A stretch of 64,000 bases of DNA from an uncultured Gemmatimonadaceae bacterium (GCA_963740355.1 CAVUDW010000003.1:896001-960000); one strand, 5' to 3'. Counted from the first letter of the stretch, positions 49,598 to 59,731 are shown. Made by a program: numbers and translations. Notes: generated by a model not told the origin, from the letters alone.

Positions 49598-49670
49598 CAG
49601 GCCCGGCAGGAATCGAACCTGCAACCCCCGGTTTTGGAGACCGGTGCTCTACCAATTGAGCTACGGACCT
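49598..49670 (-). tRNA. tRNA-Trp (CCA)
   Basis: CCGGT-CTCCAAA-ACCGG. Confidence 0.95.
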
Positions 49671-49734
49671 ACACCGTGATTCCCGCTTCGTCCTCGCAGT
49701 GTCGACCCCAAAACCTCCGAGGCCCACACCGCAG

Positions 49735-49809
49735 GGTGCCTGACGGGGATTGAACCCGCAACCCCCGGAACCACAATCCGGTGCTCTAACCAATTGAGCT
49801 ACAGGCACC
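49735..49809 (-). tRNA. tRNA-His (GTG)
   Basis: CCGGA-TTGTGGT-TCCGG; encoded G-1 opposite C73. Confidence 0.95.
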
Positions 49810-49947
49810 ATGCCACCCTGCATACGGCAGACACCCAAAATAGACCAACCGGACCGCAGCTTCAAGGGCTTTTCAAAAACGAACACGACAGCGAACCCGG
49901 TCAGGGAGCGATTGTCAGGCTGATCGCCCAACAATCACTCCTGAATT

Positions 49948-50514
49948 TCAATCCTTGGCTCTCTCGAGATAATCACCGGTTCGCGGATCCACGCGCACCC
50001 GCTCGCCGACGCTCAAGTACTCGGGCACGTTCACCGTCACACCATTATCCAGCTTCGCCGGCTTCTGGCTCGCCGACTTCGTCGCCGTCTTCATCACCGG
50101 CGCCGTATCGACGATCTCGAACACCATCGAATTCGGCAGCTCGATGCCGATCGGCTTTCCGTTGTAATACTCCGCCATGATCTTCATGCCAGGCTGCATC
50201 CACTGCGCATTGTCGCCCAGCATCTCCTCATCCATCTCGAGCTGGTCGTAGTCGCTGGACTTCATGAAGTAGTACGTGCCAGTCGACTCATACAGGAACT
50301 CGAGATCGTGCGTCTCCATCATCGCCTTCTCGATGGCATCCGCCGCACGGAAACGATGCTCGAAGTTCGAACCGGTGCGAAGGTTCTTCATCTTCGTCTG
50401 CACCATCGCGCGCAGGTTGCCAGGCGTGTGATGACGGAACTCGATCACGCGGCAGGGGTCGCCCTCCATCACGATCACCATCCCGCGACGAAGCTGCGTA
50501 GCCGGAACTGCCAT
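49948..50514 (-). CDS. efp: Translation elongation factor P
   Basis: LRRGMVI, HHTPGNLRAMV, KNLRTG, KPAKLDNG..VNVP, VRVDPRTGDYLERA. Confidence 0.95.
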   Translation of the reverse strand: MAVPATQLRRGMVIVMEGDPCRVIEFRHHTPGNLRAMVQTKMKNLRTGSNFEHRFRAADAIEKAMMETHDLEFLYESTGTYYFMKSSDYDQLEMDEEMLGDNAQWMQPGMKIMAEYYNGKPIGIELPNSMVFEIVDTAPVMKTATKSASQKPAKLDNGVTVNVPEYLSVGERVRVDPRTGDYLERAKD

Positions 50515-50651
50515 ATCAGTACATCCTCAACTCTGGGGGTCTGTGTATTGAACAGCCTAGAAATATAGCCAGCCCAGCCCGCCGCCACGAGCCCCAACGG
50601 GCGCCGCGGGGCCCAATGAGCCGCTGAGACGGGGGACCCTGGGCCGCGCAG

Positions 50652-50820
50652 TCCGGTGACAGCGTAATCCGGTCCCTGATCCCGCAACGGCTTTCACTGT
50701 CACCGGATTACGCCCGCGCTCCCGTCACCGCCGCCCCGGGGATTGTGTGCACTGTCACCGGATTACGGGAATGTGTGCACTGTCACCGGATTACGGGAAT
50801 GAGTGCACTGTCACCGGATT
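50652..50820 (-). repeat. Second family-A repeat cluster (AATCCGGTGACAGTGCAC on the minus strand)
   Basis: Three copies at a 28-bp period (50747, 50775, 50803), a partial copy at 50695 and an inverted partial copy at 50652. Confidence 0.9.
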
Positions 50821-50826
50821 GCCGGG

Positions 50827-51669
50827 TCACACGGCCGGCGGCGACGCCCGCACCTTGTCCAACACCCCACGGATGGTCGGCCAGACATTCCGGGCCGCCT
50901 TGGCCGCCCCCTCCTTCGTCGGGTGGATGCCGTCCGTCTGGTTCAGCGGCGCCACCCCCGCCACCCCATCCAGCAGGAAGGGCGTCAGGGTCACCCCGGT
51001 CGCCTTCGCGACGGACGGATACAGCGCGTGGAAGCCGCCGGCATACTCGCCGCCCATGTTCGGCGGGGCCTCCATCTGGACCAGTACCACCTGCGCCCGG
51101 GGCAAGCGAGCCTGCACCTTCTTCACGATCGCGGTGAGGTTCTCGGTCAGGTCCTTCACCGAGATCCCGCGCAACCCGTCGTTCGCCCCGGTCTCGATGA
51201 TCACGACATCCGCCGTGTCCTTCAGCAGCCAATCGGTCCGCCGCAGCGCTCCCGCCGACGTCTCACCGCTGAGCCCGGCATTCTGGATCCGGATCTTGTA
51301 ACCCACGGAATCAGCGATCCGCGCGATCTGGCCCGGCCAGGCTTCGATCGGGTCCGGCAACCCAAGCCCGGCAGTCAGGCTGGTCCCGATGAACAACACC
51401 CGGACCGGCGCCGCAATCGACTTCGGCCCGGGATCGACCGAACTTCCAGCTGCCAACGGCGTTGCACTATCAGTAGTACTGCTAGCAGCAGCCCCGCTAC
51501 CAGTACCGGCTACCGTTGAATCAGTCCCGGCGGCTCCCCCCCGATTGGCAGATTGTGCCGAACCGCCGCCGCCGCAACCATGCAGCACCCCGATCGTGCC
51601 CAGCACGGCGCACCACTGCGTCGCGCGCCGGATCCCGCTGTGCTTCCCACTTCCCTGCTGCTTCCGCAT
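50827..51669 (-). CDS. tesA: Arylesterase / SGNH hydrolase lipoprotein (TesA-like)
   Basis: FIGTSLTAG, NAGLSGETSAGAL, ETGANDGLRG, PPNMG, NQTDGIHP; LHGC lipobox. Confidence 0.88.
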   Translation of the reverse strand: MRKQQGSGKHSGIRRATQWCAVLGTIGVLHGCGGGGSAQSANRGGAAGTDSTVAGTGSGAAASSTTDSATPLAAGSSVDPGPKSIAAPVRVLFIGTSLTAGLGLPDPIEAWPGQIARIADSVGYKIRIQNAGLSGETSAGALRRTDWLLKDTADVVIIETGANDGLRGISVKDLTENLTAIVKKVQARLPRAQVVLVQMEAPPNMGGEYAGGFHALYPSVAKATGVTLTPFLLDGVAGVAPLNQTDGIHPTKEGAAKAARNVWPTIRGVLDKVRASPPAV

Positions 51670-51709
51670 GTCTGACACCGGTTTGTCGTCACCCAGCCGC
51701 GCGACCCCA

Positions 51710-52423
51710 ATGCTTTCGGTCCGCAATCTGACGAAAGAATATCGCAGCGGTGGCGGCGCGTTGGCGGTCCTGCGCAATGTCTCGTTCGACGTCGCAGCCG
51801 GCGAGACCCTCGCGATCGTCGGCCCCTCAGGCAGCGGCAAGACCACGCTCCTCGGCCTGCTCGCCGGGCTCGATACCCCGACCACCGGCTCCGTGCTCCT
51901 TGCGGGCACCGACCTCGCGCAGCTCGATGAGGATGCACGCGCCCGCCTGCGCGGTGATCGCGTCGGCTTCGTCTTCCAGAGTTTCCAGCTCGTCCCCACG
52001 CTCACCGCGCTCGAAAATGTCCAGGTGCCACTCGAGCTGCGCGGCATCCGCGACAGCGACGCGCGCGCCAAGGACCTGCTCGAGCGCGTCGGACTCGGGA
52101 ACCGCACGCATCACTTTCCGACACAGCTCTCCGGCGGTGAACAGCAGCGTGTCGCCATCGCGCGCGCCTTCGTCAATCGCCCGCGCGTGCTCTTCGCCGA
52201 TGAACCGACCGGCAACCTCGATGGCGCCACCGGGGCACGCATCGTCGAGCTGCTCGAACAGCTGAACCGCGAAGACGGCACCACCATCGTCCTCGTCACG
52301 CACGATCCGGTGCTCGCCAAGCGCCTCGGCCGCAGCATCCGACTCGCCGATGGTCTGATCATCGAGGACACCGGCGCATCCACCTCCGGCATCGCCCCCG
52401 CTGCAGCCGAGGCGGTCGCGTGA
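51710..52423 (+). CDS. ybbA: ABC transporter ATP-binding protein (YbbA-like)
   Basis: GPSGSGKT, LSGGEQQRVAIARA, ADEPTGNLD, VTHD; divergent from tesA as in the conserved tesA/ybbAP arrangement. Confidence 0.92.
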   Translation: MLSVRNLTKEYRSGGGALAVLRNVSFDVAAGETLAIVGPSGSGKTTLLGLLAGLDTPTTGSVLLAGTDLAQLDEDARARLRGDRVGFVFQSFQLVPTLTALENVQVPLELRGIRDSDARAKDLLERVGLGNRTHHFPTQLSGGEQQRVAIARAFVNRPRVLFADEPTGNLDGATGARIVELLEQLNREDGTTIVLVTHDPVLAKRLGRSIRLADGLIIEDTGASTSGIAPAAAEAVA

Positions 52424-54996
52424 GCGGTCCACACACCGGCGCCCGTTTTCCGTGGCGTCGATTGCCGTCACTGGCATGGAAGGAAAGCCGCACCGCCCGC
52501 AAACGACTGCTGCTCTACATGTCGTCGATTGCGCTCGGCGTGGCAGCACTGGTGGCCATCGATTCCTTCGCTGATAACCTGACCAAGTCGGTCCGCGAGC
52601 AGAGTCGCTCACTGCTGGGCGGAGACGCGTCACTCACCACGCGCACCGAGATGTCACCAGCCGCGGACTCGCTGGTCGACTCGCTGGGCCGCAGCGGGAT
52701 GACGATCGCGAAAATCGTCGAGTTTCCGTCGATGGCCGCGATCACTGCCAGCGGCAATACGCGCCTCGTGCAGGTGCGCGGGGTGTCGAACACCTACCCG
52801 CTGTACGGCGCAGTGATCACCGAGCCAGCCGCCTCATTCGCCAGAATTCGCACTGAACATGCGGTGATCGTCGATCCTGGCCTGCTGATCTCCCTCAATG
52901 CACGCGTCGGGGATTCACTCTCCCTCGGTTATGCGACCTTCGTGATCGCCGGCACGCTGCAGCAGGTGCCGGGAGACGCGGGCTTTGTGTCGGTGGTCGG
53001 CCCCCGCGTCTTCGTGTCGTCGCAATGGCTCGACGAAACGCGGCTACTCGCGTTCGGGTCGCGCGCATCATACGAGACGCTGCTCAAGATGCCGCCCAGC
53101 ATCACGGCCACCACCTGGGCCGCGAAAAGCAAGCCAACGCTGGAGAAGCTCAAGCTCCGTGTCCGCACCGCCGCGCAGTCGGAAGCCAACGTCACCGAGG
53201 CGATCGACACGCTGAGCAACTTCCTCGGTCTCGTCGGCCTGGTGGCTTTGCTGCTGGGTGGCATCGGCGTCGCGTCCGGCGTGAATGCCTTCATCCGACG
53301 GAAGCAGGAAACGATCGCCGTGTTGCGCTGCCTCGGCGCCACCAGTGGTCAGGTGCTGGTGATCTACGGCATCCAGACGGCGCTGATGGGCCTTGCCGGT
53401 GCATCGGCCGGCGCAGCACTCGGCGTCGGTATTCAACTCGCCTTGCCCGGCCTCGTGCGCGACATGTTGCCAGTGGATGTGTCGGTGTCACTCTCGCCGA
53501 TTGCGATTCTCTCCGGGCTCGCCGTCGGCGTCTGGGTCGCGCTGGCGTTTGCACTTCGGCCGTTGGTCGGTGTGCGCAACATCTCGCCGCTGCAGGTCTT
53601 GCGCACCGAGGTGGACGAGAGCCAGAAGGTGAAGTGGTACAAGGATTGGCGCGGCCTGCTGGTGACTGCCGGTATCGTCGCCAGCGTGATTGGCCTCGCC
53701 ATCCAGCGCGCCGGCGGCCTGCGTGAAGGACTTGCCATCAGCGGCGCCATTTCACTGGTGCTGCTGCTGTTGCTGGGGAGCGCGTCGCTGCTGATGTGGG
53801 TGGCCCGCAAGCTGTTGCGCGCCGGTTGGCCCTATGTGATGCGGCAGGGCGTGGCAAACCTCTATCGTCCGTCGAACCAGACGCGTTCAGTCGTGCTGTC
53901 GCTGGGCTTCGGCGCCTTCCTCGTCAGCACGCTCTACCTGCTGCAGACGACCCTGCTCACGCGCTTCAACGTCGATGCGCAGGCCAGTGGCGGCAACGTG
54001 TTGTTCTACGATGTGCAGGATGACCAGGGCCCGTGGATGGACACGGTCATCAAGCAGTCCGGCCACAAGCTGATTCAGCGCGTCCCGATCGTGACGATGC
54101 GGCTGGCCGAAGTGAAGGGGGTGCCGGTGAAAGTCGCACAGGCGGCCGCAGAGAAGCTGAAGAAGGCGCCGTGGCCCTACTCACGCGAGTATCGCAGCAC
54201 CTATCGTGACACGCTGGTGAAGAGCGAGGAGCTGACGTCGGGGAAGTGGTTCGACAAGGCCCCTGCCGCGCCTGCCGGAATGAGTCGCGTCAGCATCGAC
54301 GAAAGCATCGCCGACGACCTGCTGATCAAGGTCGGCGACGAACTGACCTGGAATGTGCAGGGTGCGATGGTGAAGACCATCGTCTCCAGCACACGCAAGG
54401 TGAACTTCGCCCGCTTCGAGCCGAACTTCTTCGTCGTCTTCGAATCGAGCGCGATCAAGGATGCGCCCAAGCAATTCGCCGTGATCGCGAATGTCACGGG
54501 GGACAGCGCGGTGGCCGCGTTGCAGCGCGATGTGGTAAAGAAATACCCGAACGTCAGCTCACTCGACATCTCGCTGATCACGCGCACGATCACGAACATC
54601 CTCGACAAGGTCAGCACCGCCATCCGATTCATGGCCGTCTTCGCGCTGATCATGGGCGTGCCGGTGCTGATCAGCGCCGTCGCCGCGACCCGTCGCGAGC
54701 GGCTGCGTGAAGGGGTGCTGCTGAAGGTGCTCGGCGCGACGCGCTCCCAGATCGGCCGCATCATGGTCAGCGAGTACGCGGTCCTGGGAATGCTGGGCGC
54801 GCTGGCCGGCATGTTGCTCGGCATCGGCGGCGCGTGGGGCCTGGCGAAGTTCAGCTTCAAGGTCCCGTTCGTGATGGCATGGACGCCCGCGCTTGCGATC
54901 GCGGGGCTGCTCCTGTTCATCACGATTCTCGTCGGTGTGCTGACGGGTCGCGAAGTCTTCCGCGAAACACCGATGGCAGCCCTGCGCGACAGCTAA
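52420..54996 (+). CDS. ybbP: ABC transporter permease, FtsX/MacB type (YbbP-like)
   Basis: LLGGDA, YPLYG, IAVLRCLGA, LLKVLGATR; two FtsX-like halves. Confidence 0.9.
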   Translation: MSGPHTGARFPWRRLPSLAWKESRTARKRLLLYMSSIALGVAALVAIDSFADNLTKSVREQSRSLLGGDASLTTRTEMSPAADSLVDSLGRSGMTIAKIVEFPSMAAITASGNTRLVQVRGVSNTYPLYGAVITEPAASFARIRTEHAVIVDPGLLISLNARVGDSLSLGYATFVIAGTLQQVPGDAGFVSVVGPRVFVSSQWLDETRLLAFGSRASYETLLKMPPSITATTWAAKSKPTLEKLKLRVRTAAQSEANVTEAIDTLSNFLGLVGLVALLLGGIGVASGVNAFIRRKQETIAVLRCLGATSGQVLVIYGIQTALMGLAGASAGAALGVGIQLALPGLVRDMLPVDVSVSLSPIAILSGLAVGVWVALAFALRPLVGVRNISPLQVLRTEVDESQKVKWYKDWRGLLVTAGIVASVIGLAIQRAGGLREGLAISGAISLVLLLLLGSASLLMWVARKLLRAGWPYVMRQGVANLYRPSNQTRSVVLSLGFGAFLVSTLYLLQTTLLTRFNVDAQASGGNVLFYDVQDDQGPWMDTVIKQSGHKLIQRVPIVTMRLAEVKGVPVKVAQAAAEKLKKAPWPYSREYRSTYRDTLVKSEELTSGKWFDKAPAAPAGMSRVSIDESIADDLLIKVGDELTWNVQGAMVKTIVSSTRKVNFARFEPNFFVVFESSAIKDAPKQFAVIANVTGDSAVAALQRDVVKKYPNVSSLDISLITRTITNILDKVSTAIRFMAVFALIMGVPVLISAVAATRRERLREGVLLKVLGATRSQIGRIMVSEYAVLGMLGALAGMLLGIGGAWGLAKFSFKVPFVMAWTPALAIAGLLLFITILVGVLTGREVFRETPMAALRDS

Positions 54997-55026
54997 CGAC
55001 GCGCAGGGCTCGACCATCGACAGCGG

Positions 55027-56361
55027 TCAGGGCACAACCAGCCTGACAGTCGTCGTCTGGCCCGAGACGATCGTGGCGCGCGTCTCGACGAGCGTGCCAC
55101 CGAACGGAATCGCCAGGACGCGCACTTCGCCAAGCGGAACGTTCGTGAATCGTGCGGTGCCGGTGCTGTCAGTGTTCTTGTTGCCGAGCAGGGTGTTGAA
55201 GTTGAGGCCAGGCGCTTGCACGACCACACCGATGTTCGGCGCCACTGCCCCGCCCTGTGTGCCCCGCGTCACGATCGCCTGCAGCGTGCCGAGCGCCGCG
55301 CGCTTTGCCTTCAGCGCGTCGGGGATGTTCGCACGGTGCACGGTCATCACGCTGTAGATCGAGAGCGCAGTGGCCACACTCGGCGCCGCGTTCTTCGGTT
55401 CCAGGATCAGGTCGACGCGCGAGTAGTTCTCGACCGCGCCGATCGCATCGGTCGATGCCTGGAATGCCCGCAGCACAGGGATGATGCTGTCAGTGCCGAC
55501 GTCTGCGTCACGCAGCAGGTTGCCCTTGTCGTCGAACACATTGCCGAACGCATACGCAATGCCGGACAGGCTGTCGATGATGTACGGCTGGTAGTAGTAG
55601 CCACGCGGCGGCTTGCGCAGCCCACTGAAGTCGACACGAATGGCGGGCTTGCCGTTCTTCAGCGCATCCCAGAAACCAAGCGTGCCGCTGCCGCCGGCAG
55701 TGAATGCGGTCTGCCGCGCCGGACTGAGGAAGTCCCCAAAGGTGCCACGCAGCGTGTCAGGCGGGATGGCGTCATCGTCGCGCGTCGGTGTGCCCTTCTG
55801 ATCGCGGAACTTCACGAACAGCGGTCGCGCCGTCGAGTCGGTGAAGCCGGTGCGCGTGGAGTCGGACTGGATCGTGAGCACCAGCCACGACGAACGCTGC
55901 TGCGCCGAATCGGTCGCGCTGAGGGTGACGCGGAACCGCAGCTTCTGTCCGAAGAAACCACCGCGCCAGAAGTCGCGCACGCCCGCGGTCCGGTTCGTAT
56001 CCACCGGCGAGGTGAGCCCACCATTCGCGTCCAGCAACGAATCGGTGCGCACCACCCACTGCAGGTGTGAGACCGGCGTGGCCGATGAATCGAGGCCGTT
56101 GACGATGTAGAACTGATAGCGTGCCTTGCCGTCCAATTGCTTCAGCAGCGCCACTTCGCCGACGATCGAATCGACGACGGCAGCATTGTTGACGGTCCGG
56201 CCGAAGGCCTTGGCGACCATCGTTGGCGTGCGGACGGACGACACGGCGGTGAAGCTCGCGTCATAGCCACCACCACCCTGCGGGGTGACGGCGTCGTCGC
56301 TGCTGCAGGCGGCCAAAACGGCGGCACCAGTGAGCGCGGCAAACAGGAGTCGCATGTTCAC
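55027..56361 (-). CDS. Hypothetical lipoprotein
   Basis: LAAC lipobox; C-terminal Ig/carboxypeptidase-regulatory-like segment (TDSTGTARFTNVPLG); 4-bp overlap with the upstream gene. Confidence 0.8.
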   Translation of the reverse strand: MNMRLLFAALTGAAVLAACSSDDAVTPQGGGGYDASFTAVSSVRTPTMVAKAFGRTVNNAAVVDSIVGEVALLKQLDGKARYQFYIVNGLDSSATPVSHLQWVVRTDSLLDANGGLTSPVDTNRTAGVRDFWRGGFFGQKLRFRVTLSATDSAQQRSSWLVLTIQSDSTRTGFTDSTARPLFVKFRDQKGTPTRDDDAIPPDTLRGTFGDFLSPARQTAFTAGGSGTLGFWDALKNGKPAIRVDFSGLRKPPRGYYYQPYIIDSLSGIAYAFGNVFDDKGNLLRDADVGTDSIIPVLRAFQASTDAIGAVENYSRVDLILEPKNAAPSVATALSIYSVMTVHRANIPDALKAKRAALGTLQAIVTRGTQGGAVAPNIGVVVQAPGLNFNTLLGNKNTDSTGTARFTNVPLGEVRVLAIPFGGTLVETRATIVSGQTTTVRLVVP

Positions 56362-57143
56362 TTCTTCCCTCCGCTCGTCTTCTTCACGCCAAGCCGGTAG
56401 GTGAGGCTGATGATGACTCGCGCGCCACCAAAGCTTTTCTTCGCCGGCGGCGGTGCGGTGAACGGTGTGGTGAAGACAGGATCCTGGAGTGCCGGATCAC
56501 TGGGCCGCAGCTTTTCGCGATCGAAGTTCATGAATTGCGCGAAGCCGAGACTGGCACCGATGCCGAACCGCGGCGTGATGTCTGCTTCACCGACGAACGA
56601 CGCGCCGAAGGTCGGGGCGATGAATGTGCCCGCGTCGGCGCCGGCGGCCGGTGACGGAAACATCGCGTACACGCCAGCATTGGCTCCGAAGCCGGCGCGG
56701 AACTTCTCGGCTTCGTCCAACGGGAACAGCACATCGGCGGTGGCACGCGTCGCCAGCATCAGGGCATGACCATCGACCGACAGATACTGGATCGAGTCAC
56801 CGACCGTCCGCTTCTCGTATGGGAAGTAGTTGCCGTCGATCGTGGTCCGGCCGAGGTCGATCGATGCACCGAGGAACAACCACTCGGGCGAGACCTGGCG
56901 CCGGAAGCCTGTCGAACCCACGAACATCTTCGCCTTGGTGGCGTTATCGGCGCTGAGGGTGATGAGACCACCGCCCTTGAGGATTTCGGTGCGCCGCTTG
57001 GGCGCCTTCACCGAGGAACGCGTACCGGTCGGCACTGGATCGGGCCGACGAACCTGCGCGATCAGGGAGAGTGGCAGCGCGCCGAGGAGCAGGGCCGTAC
57101 TGGCGCTCCGGCGCAGCCAACCACTCCGATTCGAAGAATGCAT
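56358..57143 (-). CDS. Hypothetical outer-membrane beta-barrel-like protein
   Basis: Signal peptide; alternating beta-strand pattern ending RVIISLTYRL. Confidence 0.65.
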   Translation of the reverse strand: MHSSNRSGWLRRSASTALLLGALPLSLIAQVRRPDPVPTGTRSSVKAPKRRTEILKGGGLITLSADNATKAKMFVGSTGFRRQVSPEWLFLGASIDLGRTTIDGNYFPYEKRTVGDSIQYLSVDGHALMLATRATADVLFPLDEAEKFRAGFGANAGVYAMFPSPAAGADAGTFIAPTFGASFVGEADITPRFGIGASLGFAQFMNFDREKLRPSDPALQDPVFTTPFTAPPPAKKSFGGARVIISLTYRLGVKKTSGGKK

Positions 57144-57283
57144 GAAGAGATGTTGAGTCAAAGACAGCGGCGTCACCTGCTCAGCGCCGCGTCTGCGGGC
57201 CTCTGATGTGGACGATAGAGGATAATCGCCGTCACCAGAGGCGCGGCCCGAGGGGCACCAATTCGGGCCCTCACATCGCGCCA

Positions 57284-57308
57284 CCTGCACCGCTGCGAGC
57301 GGTGCAGG
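57284..57308 (-). terminator. Hairpin after tex
   Basis: CCTGCACCGC-TGCGA-GCGGTGCAGG. Confidence 0.5.
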
Positions 57309-57326
57309 CACCCTCCCCGATGCGCA

Positions 57327-59585
57327 CTACTTGAAGCGGATGCCGTTCGGCGCGATGTAGCCTTTGACGGGCTGGACAGGAGCCTTGGCCGCTGGCGGCG
57401 GCGTTTGCGGTCGCGGTCCGCGCGCTTTTGGTGCTGCCGATGCGGCGGGACGTTCACCGGTCTTCATGGTGAGCGCGATGCGATTGCGCTGCAGGTCCAC
57501 CGCCTGCACGGTCACCATCACCTTCTGCCCGACCTGCACCACGTCGTTGGGATCCTTCACAAACTTGTCCGACAGCTGGCTCACATGCACCAGTCCATCC
57601 TGGTGCACGCCGATGTCGACAAAGGCACCAAATGCAACGATATTCGTCACGACCCCTTCCAGCACCATGCCGGCGCTGAGGTGCTTGGGCTCCGTCACAT
57701 CATCCCGGAAGGCGGGCGGCACGAAGCTCTCACGTGGGTCGCGGCCCGGCTTCCGCAATTCGGTCACGATGTCGTGCAGCGTCGGCAGGCCGACATCGGC
57801 CGAGACGTACGGTGTGAGGTCGAGCTGCGACAAGACGGCTTCGTTCCCCACCAGCTCCTGCAGCGACACGCCGACATCCTTCGCCATTCGCGCCACCAGC
57901 GTGTACCGCTCAGGGTGCACCGCGCTGGCGTCGAGGGGATGTGTGCCTCCACGCACGCGAAGGAAACCGCCGGCCTGTTCGAAGGCCTTGGCGCCGAGGC
58001 GCGGGACGTCCTGCAGTTCCTTGCGAGCCGTGAAGCCACCCTTCGCGTCGCGCGTGGCCACGATCGACTGCGCCAGCGCTGGGCCGACACCGGAGACGTA
58101 GGCCAGCAACTGCGCCGAGGCGGTGTTCACTTCCACGCCGACGCGGTTCACGCAGCTCTCGACGATGTCGTCGAGGCGCTGACGGAGCTTCGGCTGGTTG
58201 ACGTCATGCTGGTACTGCCCCACACCGATCGACTTCGGATCGATCTTCACCAACTCGGCCAGCGGGTCCTGCAAGCGGCGCGCGATCGACACCGCGCCGC
58301 GAATCGAGACATCGAGATCGGGGAACTCCTCACGCGCCACGTCGCTGGCCGAATAGACCGACGCGCCGGCCTCACTCACGACCACCACCGTGGGCGCGGG
58401 GGGCTCGAGTTCGCGCAACGTGGCGCGCACCAGTGTCTCCGTCTCACGCGACGCGGTGCCGTTGCCAATCGCAATCAGCTCCGGCTTGAAACGCGCCACG
58501 ACCGCGCGGATGGTGGCCGCGAACCGGTCCTCCTGGTGCAGGTAGAGCGTGTCGGTGTGCTGCAGCGCGCCGGTCTTGCTGACGAACGCGATCTTGACGC
58601 CAGTGCGGAAGCCTGGGTCGAGCCCGAGCACACTCTTCTCACCAGCAGGCGCCGACAGCAGCAACTGCTCGAGGTTCCGGCCGAAGATGATGATCGCTTC
58701 CTCGTCGGCGCGCGTCTTCAGCTCGAGACGCAGCTCGACTTCGATGCTCGGTGCCAGCAGGCGGTTGTATGCATCATCCGCCACCAGCCCAAGCAGCGTG
58801 GCCGCCTTCCGATTGCCGATCACGTCGCGCTGCAGCCGCGGCGCGATGTCGACGAGTGGTGCTTCGACGCTCCAGACCAGCTCACCCTCGGTCTCGCCGC
58901 GACGGATAGCGAGCACGCGATGTGACGGGATGGTGCCAAGTGACTCGCGGAAATCGAAGTAGTCTGAAAACTTCGAGTGTTCCTCGGTGCGGCCATACGA
59001 GCGCGCGCTCTTCACCGCTCCCTTGGTGCGCGTGACGTCACGGATCCACCCGCGGACGCCGGCATCTTCCGCCACCTGCTCGGCGAGAATGTCGCGTGCC
59101 CCCTGCAGCGCCGCGTCGACGTCGGCGACTTCCTTCTCGACGTCGACGAATGCCAGGGCGGCCTCGCGTGCCGTGGTGTCGTCGAGCGTTCCCGCCCACA
59201 ACTGTTCGGCCAGCGGCCCGAGGCCACGTTCGCGTGCGATGATCGCTCGCGTGCGGCGCTTCGGCTTGTACGGCAGGTAGAGGTCTTCCAGCGCCTGCTT
59301 GGTGGTGGCACCGAGGATCGAGGCCTTCAGCTTGTCGTCCAGCTTGCCCTGCTCATCGATGCTCTTGAGGACGGCAGCACGGCGTTCCTCGAGCTCGCCG
59401 AGGTACTGCGCCCGATCACGCACGTCACGCAACTGAACCTCGTCCAGCCCACCAGTCACTTCCTTGCGATAGCGGGCAATGAACGGCAGCGTGTTCCCCT
59501 CGCCGAACAGTTCGAGGGTGCGCTCGACCGATGCCACCGGGAGCGCGAGTTCACGTGCAACAGTCAGTACGAGGGACGAAGCCAT
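57327..59585 (-). CDS. tex: Tex family RNA-binding transcriptional accessory protein
   Basis: PFIARYRKEVTG, LEDLYLPYKPKRRTRA, GLDPGFRTGVK, KIDPKSIGVGQYQHDV; C-terminal S1 domain. Confidence 0.97.
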   Translation of the reverse strand: MASSLVLTVARELALPVASVERTLELFGEGNTLPFIARYRKEVTGGLDEVQLRDVRDRAQYLGELEERRAAVLKSIDEQGKLDDKLKASILGATTKQALEDLYLPYKPKRRTRAIIARERGLGPLAEQLWAGTLDDTTAREAALAFVDVEKEVADVDAALQGARDILAEQVAEDAGVRGWIRDVTRTKGAVKSARSYGRTEEHSKFSDYFDFRESLGTIPSHRVLAIRRGETEGELVWSVEAPLVDIAPRLQRDVIGNRKAATLLGLVADDAYNRLLAPSIEVELRLELKTRADEEAIIIFGRNLEQLLLSAPAGEKSVLGLDPGFRTGVKIAFVSKTGALQHTDTLYLHQEDRFAATIRAVVARFKPELIAIGNGTASRETETLVRATLRELEPPAPTVVVVSEAGASVYSASDVAREEFPDLDVSIRGAVSIARRLQDPLAELVKIDPKSIGVGQYQHDVNQPKLRQRLDDIVESCVNRVGVEVNTASAQLLAYVSGVGPALAQSIVATRDAKGGFTARKELQDVPRLGAKAFEQAGGFLRVRGGTHPLDASAVHPERYTLVARMAKDVGVSLQELVGNEAVLSQLDLTPYVSADVGLPTLHDIVTELRKPGRDPRESFVPPAFRDDVTEPKHLSAGMVLEGVVTNIVAFGAFVDIGVHQDGLVHVSQLSDKFVKDPNDVVQVGQKVMVTVQAVDLQRNRIALTMKTGERPAASAAPKARGPRPQTPPPAAKAPVQPVKGYIAPNGIRFK

Positions 59586-59731
59586 CAGTCAGCAGCTCGG
59601 GAGTCGGGGCAAATGCAGAGTCGGCAAACTGGTGCCACTCCCCCTCTCCAGCAACGCCTTGACACGCGAGCTCGGAATCGTTTGCAGCCCGAGCTGTTCG
59701 CTTCGCGCGCACCTTCGCTTAACGCGCATGG

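Noticed and set aside
48881..49934. ORFs across the tRNA cluster
   Set aside because: They are translations of tRNA genes, not proteins.
51660..51712. Tight head-to-head tesA/ybbA starts as a novelty
   Set aside because: This divergent arrangement is a known conserved feature of tesA-ybbAP loci.
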